Origin: Candidatus Terrybacteria bacterium RIFCSPHIGHO2_01_FULL_43_35
GTDB taxonomy: Bacteria; Patescibacteriota; Minisyncoccia; Terrybacterales; GWB1-40-14
Assembly (NCBI GenBank): GCA_001822815.1
Contig: MHSR01000013.1
Location: forward strand, 85,093 to 149,092
DNA: 64,000 nt
Reading direction: 5' to 3'
Part shown: positions 1 to 10,310 of the stretch, piece by piece
Layout of the letters: each line of letters begins with the position of its first letter
How positions within the stretch are numbered: the first letter of the stretch is position 1
Made by a program: the position numbers and the translations under genes
Notes under the pieces: generated by a model
Told to the model about the DNA's origin: nothing
Database searches by the model: none
The model's input: the letters and a program-made list of their open reading frames with translations, nothing else

Positions 1-207
1 GAAATCGAAGGCAATCCAGTAGCGCGTGTACTAATCAACAAGTTGGGGCCGGTTGGCGGATCGCTATTCTTGAAATCGTTTTTGATACCGCTTGTTTTCA
101 TAAATCTATATGTGGGATCGTCTTTGCTCCCTCTAGCTGCCTTGGCAATAGTCTTTGGGTTGGTGGCCACAAATAACTACCTCACTATTTGGCATCTCAA
201 ATTATAA
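1..207 (+). CDS. 3' end of a hydrophobic membrane protein (partial, start outside the window)
   Basis: Frame 1 is open from position 1 to a TAA near 205-207. It translates to a hydrophobic C-terminus (...FLKSFLIPLVFINLYVGSSLLPLAALAIVFGLVATNNYLTIWHLKL*). Confidence 0.3.
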   Translation, partial: EIEGNPVARVLINKLGPVGGSLFLKSFLIPLVFINLYVGSSLLPLAALAIVFGLVATNNYLTIWHLKL

Positions 208-280
208 TTATTTCCGTTGTGGTTATACTACAAATAGTCTTCTTCCCAAATTAATGGTGCTGTTTTAAATAAATGTGCAT

Positions 281-306
281 AAATGCGCTCAGAATGAGCG
301 CATTTT
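281..306. terminator. Hairpin AAATGCGCTCA-gaa-TGAGCGCATTT followed by a T-run, terminator-like
   Basis: Perfect 11-bp inverted repeat read directly from the sequence, followed by TTT. Confidence 0.4.
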
Positions 307-432
307 AGCTTACTGGGATTTCATTTAATCAACCGAATTAAATGCGGGGTTGCCATTTTTATTAAAACTGATAAGCTATCCTAAGATAAAAGGTGGCCGT
401 AACAACAAACCCCAAATTTTTTAGTTAAACTT

Positions 433-693
433 ATGCCCGTAACCACATCAGCAAAAAAGGCGCTTAGGCAATCAACCAAACGCCGGCAAGCAAACCAAAA
501 AAACAAACGCGCCGTAGATTCTGCCGAAAAACAAATCAAAAAGCTGGTTAAAACCGGCAAACGTCAAGAAGCCTTGCAATATCTGCCCAGGGCTTATAAG
601 GTTTTGGACAAGGCGGCCAAAAAAGGCGTTATCGAAAAAAATACAGCCGCACGAAAAAAATCACGGCTGGCCAAATTGATAAACCGCAGGTAG
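433..693 (+). CDS. rpsT: 30S ribosomal protein S20
   Basis: 86 aa, Lys/Arg-rich. The N-terminus AKKALRQSTKRRQANQKNK and the tail KGVIEKNTAARKKSRLAK are typical of S20. Confidence 0.9.
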   Translation: MPVTTSAKKALRQSTKRRQANQKNKRAVDSAEKQIKKLVKTGKRQEALQYLPRAYKVLDKAAKKGVIEKNTAARKKSRLAKLINRR

Positions 694-694
694 T

Positions 695-1642
695 TTAAGT
701 TGCCGCCACTAGCAGTGTTAAGGCCAGGCGCGCGTCAAACGCGCCTGTTTTTATAGCTAAATCATAATTAGCCAAGCGCTCAAAAACCGCCCCAATTTCT
801 GCTTGCGGCCATCTTTTAAGTTGCGCGGAGAGTTTATTGACTACGTATGGATGCGCTCCCAATATTTTTGCGGTGTTTAAGGGCAATCTTCCTGCTTGAT
901 TCAATGCGAAAAGCTGTGCAAGATATTCAAACTGTTTAACCAGTAAATAAAAAAGGCCGTTTACGTCTTCGCCTTTTGCCGCCAGCATTTCGAGTTCATA
1001 TAAAGCGCGCTGTTTGTTTTTCCCCAAGAAGTAATCTACGAACGGAAAAACACCGGAATCTATGCTAGCCGGAGTTATTTCTTCAACTATACTCAAGGTA
1101 ATTGTTTCTTTATTTGCACCGCTCCAAGAAGCCAACTTATGGCACTCGTTGCTTAGCATCCATAAATCTGGTCCGATCGTGTTGATTAAAAAAACCAAAG
1201 CTTCAGGGGTAATTTTTATGCCGCGAGCGGCAAAAAACTTTTTGATCCACAGTGTTATTTTATCCCGCTTCAAAAAGGCAAATTCCTGAACCTTACCGTG
1301 TGTTTTTAAAAGCGCTGGAAGCTGACTTTTGTTCTCGAGCTTTCCTTCATGGAAAACGACGATATTATCCGTAGACTTATCCAGTTTGAATTTGCCGATT
1401 AAACTTTCTAAATATTCATAAATATTCTTCTCGTTGCTGGCATTATTTACAACAATTAAACGGAACGGTGTAAATAATGACGGCGTCTCAAGCTCGTGCT
1501 CAATAACGCGTATATTGTCCTCGCCCGCATCAATACGCCGAAGATTCAACTGCTCTTTATAGAGACTGCGGGCGCGCGATATTATTTCATTAACCCTTGT
1601 CAGGCTACGAAATGTATCTTCACCGTATAAAAGATAAATCAT
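695..1642 (-). CDS. holA: DNA polymerase III delta subunit
   Basis: The N-terminus MIYLLYGEDTF is typical of HolA. Length (315 aa) fits, and the gene sits in the conserved rpsT-holA neighbourhood. Confidence 0.75.
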   Translation of the reverse strand: MIYLLYGEDTFRSLTRVNEIISRARSLYKEQLNLRRIDAGEDNIRVIEHELETPSLFTPFRLIVVNNASNEKNIYEYLESLIGKFKLDKSTDNIVVFHEGKLENKSQLPALLKTHGKVQEFAFLKRDKITLWIKKFFAARGIKITPEALVFLINTIGPDLWMLSNECHKLASWSGANKETITLSIVEEITPASIDSGVFPFVDYFLGKNKQRALYELEMLAAKGEDVNGLFYLLVKQFEYLAQLFALNQAGRLPLNTAKILGAHPYVVNKLSAQLKRWPQAEIGAVFERLANYDLAIKTGAFDARLALTLLVAAT

Positions 1643-1655
1643 ATTAGATTAGCAA

Positions 1656-2774
1656 TTAAGATACCGGCGTATAGGAGATGTTTGTTTTTTGATCGATGTA
1701 CTCCAGCCATATTTTACCTGGAACCAAAGGTATTTCTTGACCCTGCTCGTCCAGGAACAACAGACGGGCGGATAAATTATTGATGTCTTTATCCCAGGTC
1801 GCTTTAATCTCCTTTCCCGTGCGATAAATAATAGCCTCTCCCCTTCCGGTCACCTTGACATCATTATACTGCCCTTCAATTTGTCGTGACGTGGTCTTGA
1901 TAATAATTACGTTTGGGGACGCCACCTGCAAACCAGTATTTTTATCTACCTCTTTTGTTCCGCCTCTGAAACGAAGAAAGGTTTTTTTGTCAGGATCAAA
2001 AACCCATCTCACTGCAAATGTTCCGGGGTATTTAATATCTAGGTTAAACCACTGTTCTGCAAGTTCCGTTTGATCTTTATTGATCCTTTTATAACCATAA
2101 CCTGGATTTTGTAGAACCCGAAAGCTGGCACGCTGAGATGCGTCGCGAAGGCGCTGGAGGTTTGAAAATCCATTGTTGGGCGCTGCAATGCCCTTTTTCC
2201 TGTAATAAGCGCCAAATCGATTTTGGAGTGCGTCCAGATTATCTATAATTTTTTTCTTCAATTCATCAAGTGCGAAATGCGACCCGCCCCAATGAGCGAA
2301 AACAGCATCAAAAGCCGCTGCTAGAGGAATAAAATCATCCCTGGCGCTCCTAACAGATCCTATTTCTTTAGCATCGGTACATTGGAATAAAGCCAAAAAC
2401 CTATTAATGCCCCTGGTGATTACTGGCATTTCTATAACCACATCGGCTTGGCCTATACCGGATAGGGGCCTGGTCACGGCATCACCCGCCAGCATAACGC
2501 CAATTGGCCTCAAAAGATTTTTATTCTTATCTAAACCGTCTGGACAGTAGTCTCCGACCAGGGAATCATTTTTAACTTCTCCTATTGTCTGCCCCGCAGA
2601 CGCTGCTACGCCATACGTTTGTTCTAAACTATTATGTCTATTTAGTAGAGTATTCTCAAAAATTACATTGCGTTCAGTATTCGAAAGCATTATATATAAA
2701 TAAACAGCCGTAAGGCCAATTGTCAAAATGGCTATCAAAAACAGTGGTGCTGACTTTTTGATCCGCTTTGCCAT
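1656..2774 (-). CDS. DUF3048 (YerB-like) membrane-anchored protein
   Basis: N-terminal TM anchor. The segment RPIGVMLAGDAVTRPLSGIGQADVVIEMPVITRGINRFLALF matches the conserved DUF3048 core. Confidence 0.55.
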   Translation of the reverse strand: MAKRIKKSAPLFLIAILTIGLTAVYLYIMLSNTERNVIFENTLLNRHNSLEQTYGVAASAGQTIGEVKNDSLVGDYCPDGLDKNKNLLRPIGVMLAGDAVTRPLSGIGQADVVIEMPVITRGINRFLALFQCTDAKEIGSVRSARDDFIPLAAAFDAVFAHWGGSHFALDELKKKIIDNLDALQNRFGAYYRKKGIAAPNNGFSNLQRLRDASQRASFRVLQNPGYGYKRINKDQTELAEQWFNLDIKYPGTFAVRWVFDPDKKTFLRFRGGTKEVDKNTGLQVASPNVIIIKTTSRQIEGQYNDVKVTGRGEAIIYRTGKEIKATWDKDINNLSARLLFLDEQGQEIPLVPGKIWLEYIDQKTNISYTPVS

Positions 2775-2862
2775 AATGTAATGGGGTGGCTATTAAATAT
2801 CCTCGATCTTGCTCGACCGAGGATCTTATCTATTTTAACAAGAAAAAATAGTTTGCTTAAAA

Positions 2863-3279
2863 CTAACGCTTCGTGCTCAAAACATTCTTGATTTTTGTTA
2901 TTATTTCTCCAGGAGTAAAGTGAGCCTTAATTAGAAAATCCGTTGCCCCCAAGCTTAAACCTTTTTCAACATCTTCACGCTGCCCCAGGTTTGAAAGTAT
3001 GACCACGGGAATGGTTTGGCTGTCTGGCATTTCTCTTATTTTTTTCAAGACCTCAAAACCGCTCATGCCGGGGAGAATTAGATCAAGTAGAACAATGTCC
3101 GGTTTCTGTTCGGATAACTTGCGTAATCCGCTTTCGCCATCAACTGTCTGCATGACATCAAATTTTTCTTTCTCAAGTTTCTGGGCTATCAATTCGCGTA
3201 AAAAACGGTCATCTTCTATTAGCAAGACTTTAGCTATAGTAGCGTTGTCGTTTGCGTTAGTTGGTTGTTCATTGGCCAT
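2863..3279 (-). CDS. Single-domain response regulator (CheY-like receiver)
   Basis: Receiver motifs LLIEDD...DIVLLDLILPGMSGFEVLKKIR...PVVILSN...GATDFLIK with no output domain. It lies adjacent to a histidine kinase. Confidence 0.8.
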   Translation of the reverse strand: MANEQPTNANDNATIAKVLLIEDDRFLRELIAQKLEKEKFDVMQTVDGESGLRKLSEQKPDIVLLDLILPGMSGFEVLKKIREMPDSQTIPVVILSNLGQREDVEKGLSLGATDFLIKAHFTPGEIITKIKNVLSTKR

Positions 3280-3369
3280 AAGATTTTATTTTAAGTGAAT
3301 TATAACGCTTTTTTCATTATACAACAATTCTATAATCGCAGCAAACTCTGCAAATAAATTTGGGGTAGG

Positions 3370-4569
3370 CTATTCTATTTCGGGAACGAAACCGCTGTCT
3401 TTTTGTTTAAAGGGGATAGTGAAAGTAAACACCGACCCATGACCTTCTTGCGATTCCGCCCATATTTTACCGCCGTGTCGCTCTATTATATTTTTAACTA
3501 TGAAAAGTCCCAGTCCGGTCCCGGAACTTTGCATGCGAATAACGTTTGAAGCTCTGAAAAATTTAACGAATAATTTTTTGATCTCGTCTTTGGGTATGCC
3601 CACGCCAGTATCGGTTATTGAAACTCGAATTTCTTCTTCTAAGGCCTCGCTTTTAATCGTGATTTTCCCGCCGGCCAAAGTATAATTTATGGCGTTAGAC
3701 AGAAGATTATTAATTGCCAACCCAATTCTTTCTTCATCTATGGCAATTAGAGGAATGGGTGCGGGCGAGTGAATAAACTCTAGTTTAATGTTCTTGCCTA
3801 GAGCTATCAAATAAAATTCTTCCTTAACCGACTCAATGATTTTTTCTATGTATGCGCTCTTAAAGTTGTAGCCTATCCTGCCTTCCTCAATTCGAGAAAC
3901 ATCCAGAAGTTCATTAACTAAAGCAATCAATCTTTCGTTCGCGGTCGAGGCACGTTCTATGGCTTGCTTCTGTTCGGAAGTCATAGCCCCCCAATCCTCA
4001 TCCAAGAGCATCCTGAAGGTCCATTTTATTCCAGAAAGAGGGGCTCGGAGCTGGTGTGCGGCTATAGAAATAAATTCCGATTTGAGCTTATTCATTTTTT
4101 CTTCTTGCTCATTAGCCTTATCTATATATTCTGACATTTCATTAAAGTGCTGTGCCAGATCGCCGAATTCGTCGTGATTCCTTACCGGAACCCTTACGTT
4201 TCTTTTTCCTGCTGATAAATCTCCAAAAGCCTTACGCAAATCAAGTATGGGCTTGATAAAAGAGGTGCTTATTAAATAGGCAATTAGTATTAAACTGGAT
4301 GACGCCAGAAAAACAGCTAAAGTTATCAGTCCTACGAGCTCCAGGACTTTATCCAAATCGTCTTGGACCGAATGCCCTACCAACACGACACCTGAAAAAA
4401 TGATTGCTCGGAAAGCAGCCTCGTATGCTTGTATTGAGAAAAGCAGGGCAAAAATAAGTGGCAGTACGCCAAAAACCGTCACGGTAGCCAATATCTTTCC
4501 CGCTATTGAAAACCTGAATTTTTTGCTGTGCGTTTTTGGTTCTGGATATTTCGCTAGTTGTTCGTTCAT
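3370..4569 (-). CDS. Sensor histidine kinase (two TM segments, HAMP, HisKA, HATPase_c)
   Basis: H-box AAHQLRAPLSGIKW, N-box NLLSNAINYT, G-boxes DTGVGIP and GTGLGLFIVKNIIERHGGKIWAES. Confidence 0.85.
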   Translation of the reverse strand: MNEQLAKYPEPKTHSKKFRFSIAGKILATVTVFGVLPLIFALLFSIQAYEAAFRAIIFSGVVLVGHSVQDDLDKVLELVGLITLAVFLASSSLILIAYLISTSFIKPILDLRKAFGDLSAGKRNVRVPVRNHDEFGDLAQHFNEMSEYIDKANEQEEKMNKLKSEFISIAAHQLRAPLSGIKWTFRMLLDEDWGAMTSEQKQAIERASTANERLIALVNELLDVSRIEEGRIGYNFKSAYIEKIIESVKEEFYLIALGKNIKLEFIHSPAPIPLIAIDEERIGLAINNLLSNAINYTLAGGKITIKSEALEEEIRVSITDTGVGIPKDEIKKLFVKFFRASNVIRMQSSGTGLGLFIVKNIIERHGGKIWAESQEGHGSVFTFTIPFKQKDSGFVPEIE

Positions 4570-4576
4570 AAACTAA

Positions 4577-6790
4577 CTATTTCTTCCATAATAGCATGTC
4601 TCCCCAGCTTGACCCATACGAAACCGATACTTCAAGCGGCGCTTTCAGTTTAACTGCTTCTGTCATTGCCTTTATTATTTTGGGCGCCAAGTAATCCAAT
4701 GAATCCTGGTTAATTTCAAACAAAATCTCATCGTGAACTTGGAGCAGCATGTCCCCAGAATTTTCGTTTTCTTCAAGCGTCCTTGTACATTCCAAAAGGG
4801 CAAATTTCATAATGTCGGCAGCCGTGCCCTGAATGGGCATATTTACTGCGGCCCTCTCCCCTTGCGCGCGCATGACGGGGTTAGGCGACAAGGCTTCTGG
4901 TATAAACCGCTTGCGCCCAAACATTGTCTCAGCAAAACCCAGTTCCCGAGCTTTATTTTTGGTGTTTTGTATCCAAGTGGCTACATCCGGAAATTGACCG
5001 AAGTATTCGGCTATAAAATCCCGGGCTTCGTCATGGTTCATATCCGTTTCTTCTGCAAGCCTTTTGGAACCCATGCCGTAAAGAATTCCGAAATTCAACG
5101 TTTTAGCTCTACTCCGCATATCTGGTGTTACGTTTTCGATTTTCACATGGAATATTTTTGATGCGGTCAGTACGTGGATATCTTGGCCTAGAAGAAAGGT
5201 ATCAATCATTGTGCGGTCTCCGGAGAGATGCGCTATAACCCTAAGTTCTATTTGTGAGTAGTCAGCGGATAATAAAAAACGTCCTTTTGGCGCTATAAAA
5301 GCCTTACGTACGGCACGACCGTATTCCGATTTTATAGGAATATTCTGCAAATTTGGTTTCATGGAACTTATCCTGCCGGAAGATGTGCCCAACTGTAAAA
5401 AGGTGCTGTGTATCCTGCCGTCTGCAGGAGATATGGTCTTAGGTAAGGCATCTATATAAGTTGATAATAATTTTGCGATTTCTCGCCATGCCAGTATCTT
5501 TTCCACGAATGGATACCTGGTCTCTAGGCGTTTTAACTCACGGAAGGCTGTGGACGATTTGCCGCCTGTGGTTTTACGCAATATTCGCGCCTGGTTTCCG
5601 AGCATACCGACCAGGATATTTCTAACCTGATCGCTTGATGCGGGGTTAAATTCTTTTTTGGCTAATTCGAACAATTCTATTTCAATATCTTTCTTTTTCT
5701 TCTTGAATTCTTTGGAGATTTTTCTTAGATATTCTGGATCTATTAAAATACCTTTTTGGGTCATACGATCAAAAATTGGCACGAGGTCACGCTCCAATTT
5801 TGATATTGTACTTGAAAAAATTCCTGCCGCTTCAGCATTTTCAATCATCTCTAGTATTTCTTTTTTATTGTGACCGCTCTGTGTATTCTTATTATTGTTG
5901 TCTTGAAGCCTTTTTATAAGCGTAAGAAACCCCCATCTCGTGAACAGGTCTTTGGCCGCGGCGATTTCTGGCTCTTTCCACGCCAGATAGTCAAGAGAAA
6001 AAACTACGGGCGCGTCTTTTCTTATGGTAGCAAGGGTTCTTGCGGTTAAAATTTTACTTTTGTTGTTTAGCAGGGCATCTTTAAAACGTTTCAGTAATCT
6101 GATCCTCTTATCCTCACCTTTATCCATGGCGTCATATAAGCCTTCAAGTGAACCGAAATTTGACAGTAAAGAATGGGCGCTTTTATCACCCAACCCTCGG
6201 ATTCCAGCAATATTGTCTGATGAATCGCCGGCCAAAGCCTTGAAATCTGGTATGCGTTCAGGAATTGCACCAAATCTATTCAAAGCGTCTTGCGCCTGAA
6301 CACGCTGGAGCTCCGAAACTCCTTTCTTCAACGCCAAAACCGCGGTGCGATCGTTTATCAACTGCCATACGTCACGATCGCTGCTTAGAATAAGAATATT
6401 TAAATCTGGATAGTCTCTATATAGACTGGCGGCAACAGTACCAATTACGTCATCGGCTTCAAAACCTTCGGCGCTCAACATCGGAATTTTCAATGCAAAT
6501 AGCAAATCGGTTATTTTTGAAAACTGTTTTTTAAGATCGTCGGGCGGCTCGGGACGAGTAGCTTTGTATTCTGGGAATATTTCGTGTCTAAATGTCTTTA
6601 CCGGCGTATCAAGAGCGGCCAGGGCGTAATCTGGCTTAATCTCGGCAAGCACGCGTAGCAAAAGATTGGCTAATCCGTAAATAGCGCTTATGGGCTCGCC
6701 AGATGGTGTTGTCAACGGTGGCAGCGCATGCCAAGCTCGATGGAAAAGCGCGCTTATATCAATAATCAAAACTTGTTTTTTATTAGGCAT
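4577..6790 (-). CDS. polA: DNA polymerase I (5'-3' exonuclease plus polymerase domain; appears to lack a 3'-5' exonuclease domain)
   Basis: N-terminal FEN-like region (VLIIDISALFHRAWHA, EADDVIG). The polymerase motifs ADYSQIELRVIAHLS, KTLNFGILYGM and LLQVHDEILFE are present. Only 737 aa. Confidence 0.9.
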   Translation of the reverse strand: MPNKKQVLIIDISALFHRAWHALPPLTTPSGEPISAIYGLANLLLRVLAEIKPDYALAALDTPVKTFRHEIFPEYKATRPEPPDDLKKQFSKITDLLFALKIPMLSAEGFEADDVIGTVAASLYRDYPDLNILILSSDRDVWQLINDRTAVLALKKGVSELQRVQAQDALNRFGAIPERIPDFKALAGDSSDNIAGIRGLGDKSAHSLLSNFGSLEGLYDAMDKGEDKRIRLLKRFKDALLNNKSKILTARTLATIRKDAPVVFSLDYLAWKEPEIAAAKDLFTRWGFLTLIKRLQDNNNKNTQSGHNKKEILEMIENAEAAGIFSSTISKLERDLVPIFDRMTQKGILIDPEYLRKISKEFKKKKKDIEIELFELAKKEFNPASSDQVRNILVGMLGNQARILRKTTGGKSSTAFRELKRLETRYPFVEKILAWREIAKLLSTYIDALPKTISPADGRIHSTFLQLGTSSGRISSMKPNLQNIPIKSEYGRAVRKAFIAPKGRFLLSADYSQIELRVIAHLSGDRTMIDTFLLGQDIHVLTASKIFHVKIENVTPDMRSRAKTLNFGILYGMGSKRLAEETDMNHDEARDFIAEYFGQFPDVATWIQNTKNKARELGFAETMFGRKRFIPEALSPNPVMRAQGERAAVNMPIQGTAADIMKFALLECTRTLEENENSGDMLLQVHDEILFEINQDSLDYLAPKIIKAMTEAVKLKAPLEVSVSYGSSWGDMLLWKK

Positions 6791-6799
6791 AAAATACTG

Positions 6800-7264
6800 T
6801 TACTTATCAATGCCATCGATTGTTATAATCCTGGCGCTTGATTTTCTGACGTGTTCAAAATTTATATTTACTGCTTGGCTAGGTAGACTCCTACTAATTT
6901 TCTCAGCCCATTCTATTAAAATTACAGCGCTGGCATCATTAAATATATCTTTAAGGTCCAGATATTTAATTTCTTTTGAATTATGAATTCTATATAAATC
7001 TAAATGATAAAAAAATGCAAAAGTTTTTTTAGCCCGCGGTTTTATTCTATATCTACGCATCAAAACGAACGTTGGGCTCTGTATGCGACCCGTTATCCCC
7101 AAGCCGCGACCAAACCCTTGAGCAAAGATTGTTTTACCTGAACCAAGATTGCCGCGCAGGCATACTACCGTTGCATTTTTTGTCTCCGTGCGTTTGATCA
7201 ACTTTTGGGCGACGCGTTTTCCTATTGCGCGGGTTTTGATTTCACTTTTTGAAACAATACGCAT
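6800..7264 (-). CDS. tsaE: tRNA t6A biosynthesis ATPase TsaE (YjeE family)
   Basis: Walker A LRGNLGSGKTIFAQGF, then SPTFVLMRRY and LYRI motifs typical of TsaE. The ORF-track start at 7369 is probably an upstream extension; the internal Met (MRIVSK) at 7264 gives about 154 aa. Confidence 0.65.
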   Translation of the reverse strand: MRIVSKSEIKTRAIGKRVAQKLIKRTETKNATVVCLRGNLGSGKTIFAQGFGRGLGITGRIQSPTFVLMRRYRIKPRAKKTFAFFYHLDLYRIHNSKEIKYLDLKDIFNDASAVILIEWAEKISRSLPSQAVNINFEHVRKSSARIITIDGIDK

Positions 7265-7348
7265 GTTATTTATATAGTATACTGCCTGCATTGCGCCAAA
7301 TACACAAATACCTTGAGATAAAGGGCTGGGGGGCTTAATATAGAATAG

Positions 7349-9028
7349 ATGGTGAATGAATACCAACAAGATGATTTAAGTCGCGCGCGCGAGCAGAAAA
7401 TACATAAGTTACGGCGTCAGGAGGAGGAGCATTTAGCCCAAACGATAGCGTCTCAAGGTGGGTTGCCTTATAAGGATTTAACCTTAACGCCCGTTGATGG
7501 AACCGCCTTAACCATACTCTCTAAAGAAGAGGCTGAAAACGCCGGCGCAGTAATAATCTCAAGGAAAGATAGCGTTTTAACCGTGGCGGTAAAAAATCCT
7601 TCTTCGTTCGAGGTTAAAAACTTGCTGGAAAAGCTACGCAAAGAATCTTGGAGGCCGTCGGTTGTAGTTGTATCTCCATTTAGCTTTGAGCATGCTGTTT
7701 CATTTTTTGAACGTTTTGCTTATTTAAAGACAAATATAACCGGCGAAGTTACGGTTTCCTCTGACCTGATTAAAGAATTTCTATCTTCGATTACGGATAC
7801 GGAAACCTTGCGCAATAAAATCAATCAGGTTTCGCCCAAAGATACTTCTAAACTGTTAGAGTTAATTTTGGCCGGAGCAATGAAAGTTGATGCTTCGGAT
7901 ATACATATTGAGCCTCGTGACGCCGAAGCAATAATTAGACTACGCATAGATGGCATTCTTTATGATTTGTTTGGTATATTACCCGCGGCCTATCATTTTC
8001 TTCTTGAAAGAATAAAGCTGCTGTCTGGTTTAAAACTTAATATTACTGACAAAGGACAAGACGGTAGATTTTCCATTAACGCTGCTGACAATGAGGTTGA
8101 AATAAGAACGTCAACCTTGCCTGGGGAAAGGGGCGAATATGTTGTCATGAGGCTTTTAAACCCAACCAAACTCGTTTCGATTAACAAACTAGGACTCCGT
8201 AAAGATCTGCTCTTGGTTTTAAACAAAGAATTGAAGCGTCCCAACGGCATGATTTTGACCAGCGGTCCAACCGGTTCCGGGAAAACAACAGCTTTGGCAG
8301 CGTTCGTTAAATCAATATCCTCGGAACAAATAAAAATTATAACCATTGAAGATCCAATAGAATACCACCTAACCGGAGTTGAACAAACCCAGGTTGCTCC
8401 GGAAGATGGTTATGATTTTGCAAATGGCCTGCGCTCCATTGTCAGACAGGATCCAGATGTTATTCTGGTTGGAGAAATACGCGACAAAGAAACCGCTGAA
8501 ATAGCAGTTCAGGCAGCACTAACCGGGCATCTTGTATTTTCGACACTACATAGCAATGATGCCGCCGGCGCCATCCCGCGCCTTGTAGAATTAGGAGTAA
8601 ATCCAGAAAATATAGCTCCGGCTCTTAACCTAACAATGGCGCAAAGGTTAATACGAAAAATATGCAAAACTTGCGCTTCCGCAGAGAAGATCTCGTCCCA
8701 AGAACTAAAAAGTGTAAAGGTCGCTCTCGCCAATGTGCCCAAAGGCCTGGTAACCGTAGAAATTAATGAGCATTTGAAAATATTCAAGGCCAAGGGTTGT
8801 AAAGACTGCAACGGCACGGGTTATAAGGGACGAGTGGGAATTTTTGAACTTTTTTTACTTGATGAAACCATGAAGGCTTTTATAGCCAAAAACCCTGGCG
8901 TTTATGATATACATCTCAAGGCCCAAGAGCGTGGCATGGTGCCGATGCAACAAGATGGCATATTAAAAATCCTCGACGGCGTAACAACCTTAGAGGAAAT
9001 CGAGAGAATAACTGGCCCTATAGGTTGA
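7349..9028 (+). CDS. pilB: GspE/PilB-family secretion or type IV pilus assembly ATPase
   Basis: N-terminal T2SSE_N-like region. Walker A LTSGPTGSGKTT, Asp and His boxes, and a CXXC...CXXC zinc motif (CKTCAS...CKDCNGTG) are present. Confidence 0.85.
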   Translation: MVNEYQQDDLSRAREQKIHKLRRQEEEHLAQTIASQGGLPYKDLTLTPVDGTALTILSKEEAENAGAVIISRKDSVLTVAVKNPSSFEVKNLLEKLRKESWRPSVVVVSPFSFEHAVSFFERFAYLKTNITGEVTVSSDLIKEFLSSITDTETLRNKINQVSPKDTSKLLELILAGAMKVDASDIHIEPRDAEAIIRLRIDGILYDLFGILPAAYHFLLERIKLLSGLKLNITDKGQDGRFSINAADNEVEIRTSTLPGERGEYVVMRLLNPTKLVSINKLGLRKDLLLVLNKELKRPNGMILTSGPTGSGKTTALAAFVKSISSEQIKIITIEDPIEYHLTGVEQTQVAPEDGYDFANGLRSIVRQDPDVILVGEIRDKETAEIAVQAALTGHLVFSTLHSNDAAGAIPRLVELGVNPENIAPALNLTMAQRLIRKICKTCASAEKISSQELKSVKVALANVPKGLVTVEINEHLKIFKAKGCKDCNGTGYKGRVGIFELFLLDETMKAFIAKNPGVYDIHLKAQERGMVPMQQDGILKILDGVTTLEEIERITGPIG

Positions 9029-9137
9029 GATAAGAGCTGCCGGCGCAAAACTCTAGGCTTGGGAACCCAAGAGTAAAGAGTGTTCCCGTGGAGAAACTCA
9101 GTACGAAACCAAGCAACCCGACAAAAGAAAACCCCTA

Positions 9138-9188
9138 ACCCGTACCTACTAAATACCGACTACGCGTGCAGTATTTAGTAGGTACGGG
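9138..9188. promoter_or_regulatory. Perfect roughly 18-bp inverted repeat (CCGTACCTACTAAATAC ... GTATTTAGTAGGTACGG) in the pilB-ruvB intergenic region
   Basis: Read directly from the sequence. Loop CGACTACGCGTGC. No T-run follows, so it may be a terminator, an sRNA or a regulatory stem. Confidence 0.3.
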
Positions 9189-9264
9189 CTTCCAGCAGCT
9201 CGTAACTCAAACTATTTGTGGTATTTATAGTATATCAGAATAATTATAATTTGTCAAGCGCTTT

Positions 9265-10305
9265 ATGCCCTTACCCCCAGACGGACAACCCGTTGAAAAA
9301 GAAGAGGATTTTTTGGCCCAAACCCTCCGCCCGCAGACTTTTGTGGAGTATATAGGCCAACAAAAAACGAAAGATAATCTTTCGGTAGCTATCGGCGCTG
9401 CTCAAATAAGACGCGAGCCCCTAGAACATGTTTTAATTCACGGCCCGGCCGGTATCGGCAAAACAACTTTGGCGTATCTTATCGCTAAGGAAATGCGCTC
9501 CAGTTTAAGAGTAACCTCTGGACCGGCTATAGAAAAAGTGGGTGATCTTGCCGCGATACTAACGAATCTAGAAGCTGGAGACGTGCTTTTTATAGATGAA
9601 GTACATCGTCTCTCAAAACTAATTGAAGAGATACTTTACCCAGCTATGGAGTCACGGTCACTTGATATTGTGCTTGGTAAAGGCGGCGGAGCCAGAACTA
9701 TACAGTTGCCATTACCGCCGTTTACTTTGATTGCAGCGACAACGCGTATCGGTCTTCTATCCTCTCCCCTGCGTTCACGCTTTGGCTCTACTTTCCGTTT
9801 AGAGTTTTATTCCGAACAGGAAATAGAAGAGATTTTAAACCGTTCGGCGAAAATTCTTGGCGTGTCGCTGACGCCAGAAGCGAGCAAGAAATTAGCCGTC
9901 TCTTCGCGTTCAACGCCTCGCGTTGCCAATCGCTTACTGAAACGCTGTCGTGATCTGGCCCAAGTTGAGAAACACAATATCATAGATGAACAAATTGTCT
10001 CCCGGGCTTTGAAAATGCTGGAAATAGACGAGGTTGGTCTTGAATCTTCCGATCGGAAGATTTTACGTGTTTTAATAGAACATTTCAATGGTGGACCTGC
10101 CGGAATACAAGCCATAGCAGCTTCTTCTTCTGAAGAAGAAGAGACTATTTTAGAAGTCTTTGAGCCTTATCTTTTAAGAATAGGTTTCTTAACGCGCACG
10201 CCTCGCGGCAGAGCGGCTACCAAAGCCGCTTATAGGCATTTGGGTGTTAATTTTCCTAAAAAAATAGATGATGCCCGAGACCACAACAACGAATCTATGC
10301 TGTAA
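9265..10305 (+). CDS. ruvB: Holliday junction branch-migration helicase RuvB
   Basis: HVLIHGPAGIGKTTLA Walker A, IDEVHRL, the sensor arginine region, and a C-terminal winged helix. Confidence 0.9.
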   Translation: MPLPPDGQPVEKEEDFLAQTLRPQTFVEYIGQQKTKDNLSVAIGAAQIRREPLEHVLIHGPAGIGKTTLAYLIAKEMRSSLRVTSGPAIEKVGDLAAILTNLEAGDVLFIDEVHRLSKLIEEILYPAMESRSLDIVLGKGGGARTIQLPLPPFTLIAATTRIGLLSSPLRSRFGSTFRLEFYSEQEIEEILNRSAKILGVSLTPEASKKLAVSSRSTPRVANRLLKRCRDLAQVEKHNIIDEQIVSRALKMLEIDEVGLESSDRKILRVLIEHFNGGPAGIQAIAASSSEEEETILEVFEPYLLRIGFLTRTPRGRAATKAAYRHLGVNFPKKIDDARDHNNESML

Positions 10306-10310
10306 ACTAT

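Noticed and set aside
1062-1289. 75-aa plus-strand ORF inside holA
   Set aside because: It is antisense to a well-supported holA coding sequence.
4577-6790. Possible truncation or pseudogenization of polA (only 737 aa)
   Set aside because: The 5'-nuclease and polymerase motifs are intact and contiguous. Absence of the 3'-5' exonuclease domain is common in reduced genomes, so this is not treated as a pseudogene.
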